From contig NC_068983.1 of assembly GCF_001194135.2 (NCBI RefSeq), forward strand, positions 34,656,253 to 34,689,093: a DNA stretch of 32,841 bases. The letters run 5' to 3'. A model generated the notes under the pieces. The model was not told the origin of the DNA. It did not search any database and saw nothing but the letters and a program-made list of their open reading frames with translations. The DNA comes from Octopus bimaculoides. Lineage: Eukaryota. Below are positions 1 to 9,308 of this stretch, in pieces (positions within the stretch are counted from its first letter, which is position 1; every line of letters starts with the position of its first letter). The position numbers and the translations under genes are program-made.

Positions 1-198
1 GGGGTACTCTCTTGTGGGGGTGTCTTTACCACTAAGTTGATATCATCGACATATCGAGAGTACACATTCACGAGTATGGAGTTCTGTGTCAGGCGTTCCT
101 TAAGCCTTCTGTCCCACCATACCATGAAAAGATTGGCCACATCACCGGCGATACTAACCCCGATGGCTGCCCCCTCGTCCTGGGCGTATAATTTGTTA

Positions 199-207
<9 letters not shown>
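1..207 (-). mobile_element. Penelope-like retroelement reverse transcriptase fragment (runs off the left edge)
   Basis: My minus-strand translation (frame absent from the ORF track) is stop-free: YLFNKLYAQDEGAAIGVSIAGDVANLFMVWWDRRLKERLTQNSILVNVYSRYVDDINLVVKTPPQESTP. It has the Q-x-x-G-x-x-I-G motif and catalytic RYVDD typical of Penelope-like RTs. It is cut at its 5' side by the (AT)n tract. Confidence 0.85.

Positions 208-272
<65 letters not shown>
204..272. repeat. Compound microsatellite (AT)n-(AG)n
   Basis: Directly visible. Confidence 0.97.
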
Positions 273-275
<3 letters not shown>

Positions 276-1821
276 ACATAGCTAAATATATATAGATACA
301 TATAAATATGCACACACACACTCACACGAATTTATATACATACATACATGTGTGTATGTATCTATACATCTATATATATACATCCAATTTCCTCACCACC
401 TTCATCGCTTATCCTCTTGCTTGCCACGTAGCCTCTTCTTATCTTCACACTGCGTCTCCTCTTAAATGCATTTCTTTATTTGAACAAGTAATGATTCATA
501 GAGCATAGATATACAACAAAGCTACGCTAATTATGTTTTTATAAATATTTCGCACGTCTTCTGCATAAGCGTGTCAATGTTGAAGTAGTATAATTTATAT
601 ACTGTGTAAATATATGTAAAATACCGTCATAATCATCTAAAACACACCATCCTACACTTGGATTGCGACTGAATCATAGGTCCCTGTCAGAAACAGTGTT
701 AAGTATTCAAAATTTTTGACAAAATTCGTTAGCAAAGACTTTCAACGAAAATCAGTCCCAAGCAAGATATTCTTAGATATTCAAAACATTTCATCGCATA
801 TTAATGCACGAAAAGCGAGGTCCCAACCCAATAGATATTTAGCGATCATAAGACCTCCTAAGACACGATGCCTACTTACAATTTCATCCCCTAACGTCAG
901 ACAATTTCAGACAATGCGGAGAGCTTAGTAAACTATTGCAATATAGATTAATATGTACGGTGCAGAAGCCATGTACATGTCAGGCATCAGATTTAAACTA
1001 ATGAGGAAACACAGTAATTCCACATTCACTAATACAACTCACTTTTAGTGCATAGGATACACAGTATACACAAAAGTAAAAGAAACGTAAATTAATGCCA
1101 CCAAACCTGAGAGAGATGAAGATTTACGATAAACTAAAATTGGAAGACACCAACTTTCTAAATTCTTTTCAGATACGATAATTGAACTTAAGTAGGAAAT
1201 CTAACGAGAAATAAGATAAATCATTATTAACAGTGGAACTCTGTTGTGTACAATGAAAGAAAAGAATCTACATAAGAGAACAACTGGAGAAATCGTTGTT
1301 AACTGGGATATCTAAAGTTGTATCAGTATATCTAAGTGCGATATGTATAGTAACCAACACCTGTCATGAATTCGGAGATAGTCTCAACACGATTTTCTAG
1401 TAAGACGAGGAAAGAAAAGAAACGAAATATAAAAGTGCGCTACAATAAGACCAAAAAAACAATCACATGCAAAAAGAAAAATTAAAGTGGAATCAAAGAA
1501 AGAACTGAAGATATCCACAATGATAATGTTTCTTTTATATATTTTTGGATAGGAAAAATAGTAATAAAAACATATATCTCTTGGGAGATGTAGCATATAT
1601 TTTGTAATTTAAAAAAAATAAATGGCTGTAGGCAGCATAAGAGAAGTAAATTTAATCAAGAATAGTGTAAGAGACAACATAAGAGAAAGTACTAGAAATC
1701 GCAGTGTTTCGAATCCTGAGCGTTGTTCAATTAGATTTATATATATTCAACTGAATAATGAAATGTTTAAAATATTTAGGTTCAAGTTATATGTAACACA
1801 CACGTACGCGCGTGCATACAT

Positions 1822-1826
1822 TTAAG

Positions 1827-1864
<38 letters not shown>

Positions 1865-1866
1865 AA

Positions 1867-1897
<31 letters not shown>

Positions 1898-1915
1898 AAA
1901 GAGAGAGAGAGAGAA
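1822..1915. repeat. Compound microsatellite (TA)n-(TG)n-(AG)n
   Basis: Directly visible. Confidence 0.95.
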
Positions 1916-2559
1916 GAGGAATTTCGATTATCCCCACATGGTGAGTTGCAAAGTAAAAAATATATATAAAATAAAAGAAGGAAATTGCATACATTTTCCA
2001 TAGCTTTAATATATTTTGTCGACCGGTTTCGCTTTCGCTAATTATGACATTGCAATTATTGTAATTTCGTATTTTCTTAAGAATATTTTAGTCTATGTTA
2101 CATGTGGAGATGTTTATGAATGAAATCCTGCGGCAATAGACAAAGTATATCTGCTCAAATCGTATTAGCAAAAGTTTTAGTGGCTGGTTTACCAGCTGCC
2201 ATATTGCCGCTGCTGATTATATTAATATTAATCATATTGGTGGCAATGGTGGCAGTCTTTTTGCTTTAAAAAATAATCGCTACTCTTCTCTGCTGGTTAC
2301 CATTATGTTTGTTTATATTTCTCTTAATACTACTCATTGCAGCAATATTAATTGTGACGATGCTACTTTTACTGCCGTTATCCCGTTACCCCTTGCCTTT
2401 TGATATATCGCATTGGTGTTGCTGTAGCTTTTGCTGATATAGTTGTAGTATATATGTTCATAGTGCAGGTGCAGTCTGCACAGCCATGTTAAATTAAAGC
2501 CAGCCATGTTAATTTTGAAATACTTGATAGTTAGATATTTTCAAGCTTGTTGCGAGCAC

Positions 2560-3010
2560 TCCTGTCTTGTGATTGAGCACGTTTTACTGGCTGCGAACAA
2601 CGAGATATTTTTTATCATTAAACTTCAACAGCAGCTGGCTTTTATCCTCAATGGTGGTCATATATTTAATCTTCTTAGCAGTGAGAAACAGACTGTCTTT
2701 GGTTGCATTATCAAATGCTATTAACAAATCTTGCACGCCACCCAGTTGATGAGCTGCGTAAACAACATCATCAGAGTGAAGATCAATACAGGCTCTACTC
2801 ACAACTTGATCGCTCTGCTTAAGGACGACCATACAGACGTGGATGAAGACAATCATTTGCATAATGATGTACTCAAATACTCCTACAAAAACGTCAGGTA
2901 GACTGTAACAACATTGAAACATGTACACCTTGCCAAAGTGTGTCACATCGATTAAGCCTGACTATTGCATTAAAGTTACACCGGGTCTGTGAAATACCCA
3001 TATAATGATA
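2560..3010 (-). mobile_element. Degenerate non-LTR (RTE-like) reverse transcriptase fragment
   Basis: ORF 2584-2946 reads FQCCYSLPDVFVGVFEYIIMQM...DLHSDDVVYAAHQLGGVQDLLIAFDNATKDSLFLTAKKIKYMTT. This aligns by eye, with the expected order and spacing, to RT motifs QGCxLSPxLF...YADD...LQxLLxxF...LxIxxKKTKxM. The catalytic motif has decayed to HSDD and the upstream part is frameshifted. Confidence 0.6.
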
Positions 3011-3809
3011 CGTCCATCCAGGAGATGATAAATCAGCTGATCGACAAATTATCTTCTTCGAATGGTGGTAATCGACCCTGGGACGGACTAAGACCCAGGG
3101 AGTCCCTAAGAACTTAAAAAGTTTTGGTGCCCTCATATATATGTAACTCAAAATATAAACAATAATACCATAAAATAAATTCATATTTTTCAAAATGAAA
3201 TAGAACTAACACTAAGATGGAAAATAATACGACCAAGTTTATTTATATTGCAAAAGTTTTCTCTGACTTTTTTTTTAATAGCAAAGTCTTTGATCTGATC
3301 CTAAATTATGTTACCATGAACACTTCGAAATTATATTTCCAATCATATAAACCACTTTGAATATTATTTTAGCGAGTTTAAAGGGATTTCTTTTGTGCCG
3401 TAAACCATTTACCATTTCTGCGGTGTCCCCTCCTTCACTTGATGCCCTAAACACTCCTTATTTTGCTTTATGGTGAATCCAGCACTAGATCGACCATATG
3501 TAGATAAAATGAGAACACAGTTATTTATCGAATTGTTATTATATTTTTTATTCGTTTTAAATATATACGTTATATTTCTGAGAAGACCCAAGACATTCTG
3601 CATCAAAATATATTTCTAGAAATTATTTTTTCAGGTAGTGTAATTTTGGTAAATTTCAGAACTGACAAGACTAATATGAAAGAACACACCTAACGCCACT
3701 AGTAGTCACTAGTAATGTTAATGATGACGATAACAACAGCAGCAAAAGCATTAGCAATAAAACAACACTGGCAACAACAGCACCAACAACAGTAATGAAA
3801 ACAACAACA

Positions 3810-3813
<4 letters not shown>

Positions 3814-3877
<64 letters not shown>
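3814..3877. repeat. (TAA)n microsatellite
   Basis: About 21 TAA units, directly visible. Confidence 0.97.
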
Positions 3878-3943
3878 TCAGACAAATACATAACAAAAAC
3901 ACCAGGACTTACACATATATATAACATACAGAAAATTGCACTA
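3878..3943 (+). mobile_element. 5'-truncated R4/Dong-like (restriction-like endonuclease) non-LTR retrotransposon, C-terminal fragment running into a gap
   Basis: Translates SDKYITKTPGLTHIYNIQKIAL, the segment preceding the terminal LGTAxILRK motif in R4/Dong-type ORFs. It is homologous by position to HLDHIPGESCLKEIENMLL at about 28.98 kb and starts directly after (TAA)n. Confidence 0.65.
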
Positions 3944-4231
3944 NNNNNNNNNNNNNNNNNNNNNNNNNNNNNNNNNNNNNNNNNNNNNNNNNNNNNNNNN
4001 NNNNNNNNNNNNNNNNNNNNNNNNNNNNNNNNNNNNNNNNNNNNNNNNNNNNNNNNNNNNNNNNNNNNNNNNNNNNNNNNNNNNNNNNNNNNNNNNNNNN
4101 NNNNNNNNNNNNNNNNNNNNNNNNNNNNNNNNNNNNNNNNNNNNNNNNNNNNNNNNNNNNNNNNNNNNNNNNNNNNNNNNNNNNNNNNNNNNNNNNNNNN
4201 NNNNNNNNNNNNNNNNNNNNNNNNNNNNNNN
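3944..4231. other. Assembly gap (N run). Other gaps: 9413-9643, 11454-11791, 12737-13060, 16478-16580, 19016-19296, 30001-30709
   Basis: N characters in the sequence; most gaps abut (TA)n or (AG)n tracts. Confidence 0.99.
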
Positions 4232-5390
4232 GGGGTTTGGTAAATATGCTGGTGATTAGAGCAATTGCATCGTTGGCACCAGAAATACTGCGATTACACT
4301 ACATTAAGCAGTTATCTAGCTGAAATGTGAAAACAAGTTACGACTATTACCAAAATAGACTTGATACCTGTCTTTGGTAGAATCTCTTAATGATATTTTT
4401 TTCCACTTACTCACCTTTGGAAATGCGCTTGACAAATACATATGAGACAATGCAGAACAGTTAAATTTTCCTCAATACTCATTTACGCGTCATAAAAATG
4501 AAGGATATATTAGACTCAACTGCCTGAAATATACTGAGTTCGAATAAGCACGTGACAGTCACTGTTGAATCTGCTCTTGATCTAGGAGTAACTTCACATT
4601 CAAACCACTACAACCAACACCACAAAAAAACAAGGAAACAGTAACCATTACAACATGATGGTGTGGCATGTCGAAATAGGAGCTAAATCAACCTCAGATC
4701 TCATTGTGTTCTCTTAAAAACAGTTATCCCTGGTATAGTATGATTACTATAGAATCCAAAACGTATTGTGGTGCAGATTTATGAATGCATGTTGTTTCTA
4801 TTATAACTTTTATATTCATAAAACTACACCACGATACGTTTTGAAATGTGACTCAACAACGCCAGAAACAATAAAAACGAGCACAATGATGACGTCAGCA
4901 AATATGACGAACACAATTGTGGTGGTAGCGGCGGTGATGTGAATTTTAGATGAGGGTCTTACTCTTATATACGTTATGCCAATCTTGATTCTTTGACTCT
5001 TTTAACAGTTTTTATTCGATTTTCGAATATAAAAGTATTAAAACATCAACAGGAATTCAATCATCCAAATGATAGATAAACAGTTCGAATCTTGACAAAT
5101 CATTTGCGTTGAGTCTGTGGTCGATAAACATCAAGCACAAATGTTGCAAGGTTAACAATCATTTCCAAAGCACTCACTCCCTCTACACCTTGATTTTTTT
5201 CCCCTTAACCTTTCCCCCAAGCATGTCTATCTGTTTGAATATGTGTGCAATAAAGAAATTAATGTATGTACACTTGCTTGTAGGTTGACTGTAATTTCCC
5301 AGTCTTTTAACATTCAGTCGTTCAGTCGATCATGTGTCGTCGTCCCACATCCATAATCGACACTGTTTCTTTCAGTATGCTACCTAGTAT

Positions 5391-5760
5391 GGTTGGCACT
5401 CCGTCGGTTACGACGACGAGGGTTCCATTTGATCCGATCAGCGGAACAGCCTGCTCGTGAAATTAACGTGCAAGTGGCTGAGCACTCCACAGACACGTGT
5501 ACCCTTAACGTAGTTCTCAGGGAGATTCAGCGTGACACAGAGTATGACAAGGCTGGCCCTTTGAAATACAGGTACAACTGAAACAGGAAGAAAGAGTGAA
5601 AGTTGTGGGGAAAGAGTACAGTAGGGTTCGCCACCATCCCCTGCCGGAGCCTTGTGGAACTTTAGGTGTTTTCGCTCAGTAAACACTCACAACGCCAGGT
5701 CTAGGAAACGAATCTGCGATCCTAGGACCGCGAGTCCGCTGCCCTAACCACTAGGCTTCC
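5391..5760 (-). mobile_element. tRNA-derived SINE, near full length (octopus-type family)
   Basis: On the minus strand the head GGAAGCCTAGTGGTTAGGGCAGCGGACTCGCGGTCCTAGGATCGCAGATTCGTTTCC has an A-box-like TAGTGGTTAGG (5743-5753) and a B-box-like GATTCGTTTCC (5704-5714). The body (...GGGTACACGTGTCTGTGGAGTGCTCAGCCACTTGCACGTTAATTTCACGAGCAGGCTGTTCCG...) matches a high-copy octopus repeat I recall. Confidence 0.8.
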
Positions 5761-5981
5761 TTATTTCATTGAAATTGGCCATAAAGGCCTTACATAGAGG
5801 GGACAGCAAAAAGTGGGGACAAAAATATCAAAACGAATGGAATGAATGAAATTATACAATGAAAGATGAAATGAAGCCGTTCGGTCCTACCTCCGAGTGA
5901 CTTCATTGAGCTTGTTAATACAACCGTTTTTCTTTTTAAAAACATTAATTTAAATTACCATTGATAAGGCCTTTGTGACAG

Positions 5982-6353
5982 CTAGATTCCATTTTTTTGG
6001 AAAATGTCTATGTCAAGTTCTTTTAAAATATAAACATAACTTACCCTTTTAGATATTTTGCTTCTCTCCATTTTCGTAACCCACCATTCGGAATCAGTTT
6101 CTTCTTCGTAATTTATCAATCTTGAGAGGTACTCCCAGTCCGCCACTGCACATAAAACGTCCTCGGGCAACCCTCCTACCCTTGTTATGTCCACTACTAT
6201 TGCTTTTTCCCATGTCTTTATCTCGTTGCAAAGTTCTTCTTTATTCTTGTTACATAACAAATTTCCGGGGTGAGGAAAGTTGGGGCCCCTCTGTGTTTGT
6301 GCTTGTATATTTATGTCAGACAGGGTATGGAGATGGTTGGTGTTTGTAGGGGT
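5982..6353 (-). other. Stop-free protein-like frame: either a non-LTR ORF1-like remnant or a host exon ending at a donor at 6044
   Basis: 123 sense codons including KEELCNEIKTWEKAIVVDITRVGGLPEDVLCAVADWEYLSRLINYEEETDSEWWVTKMERSKISKR. A canonical AGG|GTAAGT lies at 6045/6044. The strong acceptor at 6367 is followed by an in-frame TGA (6356-6354). Confidence 0.4.
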
Positions 6354-6830
6354 TCACGTTAGCCAGCTGACAAAAGTAAACATGAGAATTAATGATCTGG
6401 TTTTGTGGGAGAAGCTTATAATAAATAATTCCTTTATAATTCCATTTCAAATGTCAATAAACAGTAACTGAAAACTGTAGTAAAATGATTAAACTTGTCC
6501 TGTAAATACCTCCTTATTGGCTACAGTAGCCTGACTCTTACAAACTGTTTTTTGACCAGTCAGTACGTGGCTTAGATGTCACAGTTCGGTGAGCGCACTA
6601 AGTTCTAACTTAGTCTTTCGATCAATCAGTATGTCGCTAGTATGTCACAGTGTGGTGAAAACCCTACCTTCGTTACTATTTATCCCCCTTTTTTCAACGA
6701 AATATTTAAGCCAATTGGTGTTCGGTTTACAGGTCACAGTTTGGTGGGCACGTCAAGGATTCTATACCTTGACCGCGTCTAACGAAATAATTGTTTGGCT
6801 ATATCATTTCTTCAAGTAGAATACGACTGT

Positions 6831-6831
<1 letters not shown>

Positions 6832-6896
<65 letters not shown>
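6832..6896. repeat. (ACT)n microsatellite
   Basis: Directly visible; it explains the poly-Leu ORF 6791-6973. Confidence 0.97.
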
Positions 6897-7855
6897 ATAA
6901 ATCTGATGACTGCTTTACGCATGAAAGTACTAGATTTATCATAATAAATATATGTAATATTCTATTATTATGATATTGTAAAATTGTAAAATTGTAAATA
7001 ATAAAAAGTCAGAACCAGACAAGGTTGGAATTTCATTAGTTAATACATATATATATAAATATATTCTTTACAGTATGGTTTATGAAAAAAAATCTAATGT
7101 ATTATCTTGAATTAGTAGTATGTTTTAATGTTGAAGATGACGCCGGTTACCATTCATTATCACATCATTGCACTTACAACTTCCCAGCAAAACATTCACT
7201 TTCAAATATTATATATTTGTGAAGTCAACTGTAAAGAAATATTTGGATATTTCAATTACTTCACTGTGCCATATAAACACATAGCTTAGCTACAAAATTA
7301 ATTTAATACTGCTAACATTTTCATTCTAACATTCGGAAATTCAGTTTTTATTTCTTAAGATATTTTGTTCACAAAACCTATTTATACTCTTTCCATACGT
7401 ATAATTAATAGATGTGCATGCAAACTCTAATTTCATTTTTGAAAACTTACGCTATATTTATTTATAGAAAATATCACTTCATTTGAACAATATTAATTTC
7501 AGAAACGTTAACAGTTTCTTTTTCTTCAATCCAAGTTCGTGCTTTAATGCTTAAACGAGATCATGCAATGATCCGATGACATCACATGTTAAGAAAAAGA
7601 ACGAAACAATAGTTTAGATATTAAAATATGTCTAAATCTGTGATAAATTTTCTTATAATGTTTTAATTAAAAATCGAATTAAGGATTTGACTTCAAACAA
7701 CTTTACATATTCAACAACTTTTACACGTATTAAAGAAATTCTTTGTTACAGATGACTTATTTAATGTTTTCTACGAGTTCAAGAGCTCAGAGAACATTAC
7801 AGTAAACAATTTTGAAAAAAGACTCAATCTCAATATATTTCTCATATATTATAAT

Positions 7856-7912
<57 letters not shown>

Positions 7913-7913
<1 letters not shown>

Positions 7914-8067
7914 GCGCAGGTGTCGCGGTGTCATAAGAGGCTTGCTTCCCAACCACATGGTTCTGGGTTCAGTTCCACTGCGTGGTACCTTGGAGAAATG
8001 TCTTTCTACTATAGCCTCGGGCCGACCAAAACCTTGTTAGTCAATATGGTAGACGGAAACTGAAAGA
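7913..8067 (+). mobile_element. tRNA-derived SINE 5' half (octopus-type), interrupted
   Basis: GGCGCAGG...CTTGCTTCCCAACCACATGGTTCTGGGTTCAGTTCCACTGCGTGGTACCTTGG...TAGCCTCGGGCCGACCAAA...GGTAGACGGAAACTGAAAGA, with a B-box-like GGTTCAGTTCC near 7966-7976. It matches a very common octopus SINE from memory. Confidence 0.85.
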
Positions 8068-9221
8068 GATGTATTAGTTTAACGCTCGAGAAGTGAAAAA
8101 GTCTAACTTTTCGAGCCTACGCTCATACACAGAAAGGAACAGAGAAACAAACAGGGAGAGAAAATAAAGAATGTGTAGTGGCTAGCGATCTATGATGGCG
8201 AATGCCGGACAGAGAGATTACACAGGAGAGATGGGGAGATAATGAAGTATGGTGATCCCAAAAAGAAGGTGCGCGTGCGTGTGTATAAGAAGACATGTAT
8301 GTGCGTGTGGAAGAGGGCTGATGACCTTCACGTGTGCGTGTGTGCATGTGTAGATATGTGGATGATGTTGTGGGTGCTGGGAAGTGGTCAGTGCTAATGT
8401 GTGCGTGGTATTGTGGTGTGAAGTGGTGTTGTGCGGCATGATGGTATGTGGTGGGTGTGGTAGTGTCTGGTGTAGTGTTATTGGGATGTGGGGAGACGAG
8501 ACTATGGAAAGCAAGGGTGGGGTGATGGGTAGGTTGAGGGTGGGGTAGAGGTGGAGTATGTGGGAGTGGGTGTAAGGAATCTGGTGAGGTAGAATGGGAA
8601 GGCTAGGGGTTGGATAGTGTAGCGGTGGTGTTATGAGGGACGGGTGACGATGACGGGAAAGGGGGAAGGCAGAATGTGGGTAGAAGGGAAGAGAAGAGAG
8701 AAGGTGGGTAGGAGTGAAAAGAATTAGGAGTCGGAGCAAGAGAGGAGATTTCGGTGGTAGGAAGTAGGTGTGAGAGAAAGAGAGGAGAGGGAAGGCGGGT
8801 TAGATGAAGAAGGGAGATTTGAGCCCATGTGGCGCAAAGGATCGAAGAGAGAAGATTAATCCCTGTTCTCGGCGAAAACCGAAGCTCGGATGATCCCTGT
8901 GCAAGAACAATACGAACATAGACAGGTGTTGCAAAGAGTGACCGGTAGAGCGGAAATCGCGTGAGACCGGGGTGTCGTTGCCAAGTCGAATGTTTTGGAG
9001 GTGTTCCGCGAACCGGTCAGCCAAGTGGCGTCCAGTTTGCCCAATGTATAGAGAAGAGTACAGGAGATGCAGTAGATGGCATTGGTAGAAGTGCAGGTGA
9101 AGGAGTCGGTGATGTGATGATGGGTGCCGGTGAGGAGGGTGGTGTTGGAGAGGTAAGGGCAAGTGCAGCAGCGTGGGCGGGAGCAAGGGAATGAGCCGGG
9201 TTGGGAGGTTGGGTTAGGGAA
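8068..9221 (-). mobile_element. Penelope-like element 3' part: Cys-rich linker, GIY-YIG endonuclease and long low-complexity 3' region
   Basis: Two frames join across a frameshift near 9050: PGSFPCSRPRCCTCPYLSNTT...FTCTSTNAIYCISC, then LYIGQTGRHLADRFAEHLQNIR...REQGLIFSLRSFAPHGLK. This gives the GIY-YIG hallmarks IYCI/YIGQT, R..EH and a terminal E...L...P.GL(N). The CxxxxCxxC linker is typical of the Neptune-type subgroup. Confidence 0.9.
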
Positions 9222-9308
9222 AAATAAGTCCAAGGGTCGATCTCTTCGACTAAAAGGCAGTGCTCAAGCATGGTCACTGTCAAAAAGAATGAAACAAGTA
9301 AAAGAATA
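9222..9308 (+). mobile_element. 3' tail of the same SINE family as 7913-8067
   Basis: AATAAGTCCAAGGGTCGATCTCTTCGACTAAAAGGCAGTGCTCAAGCATGGTCACTGTCAAA...GAAACAAGTAAAAGAATA matches the recalled family tail (..GGGGTCGATTTGTTCGACTAAAGGCGGTGCTCCAGCATGGCC..GAAACAAGTAAAAGA). Confidence 0.75.

Noticed and set aside
700-1520. Possible very old LINE endonuclease remnant on the plus strand
   Set aside because: Only vague resemblance (e.g. KIYDKLKLEDT); no convincing ETW, GDFN or SDH motif could be read.
4414-4524. Minus-strand TATATTTCAG acceptor and AAAG|GTGAGT donor pair
   Set aside because: Stops occur in all three frames from the acceptor and there is no other support; a UTR exon cannot be excluded.
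8218-8739. 173-aa Pro/His/Leu-rich ORF
   Set aside because: It is a by-product of the low-complexity 3' region of the Penelope-like element.
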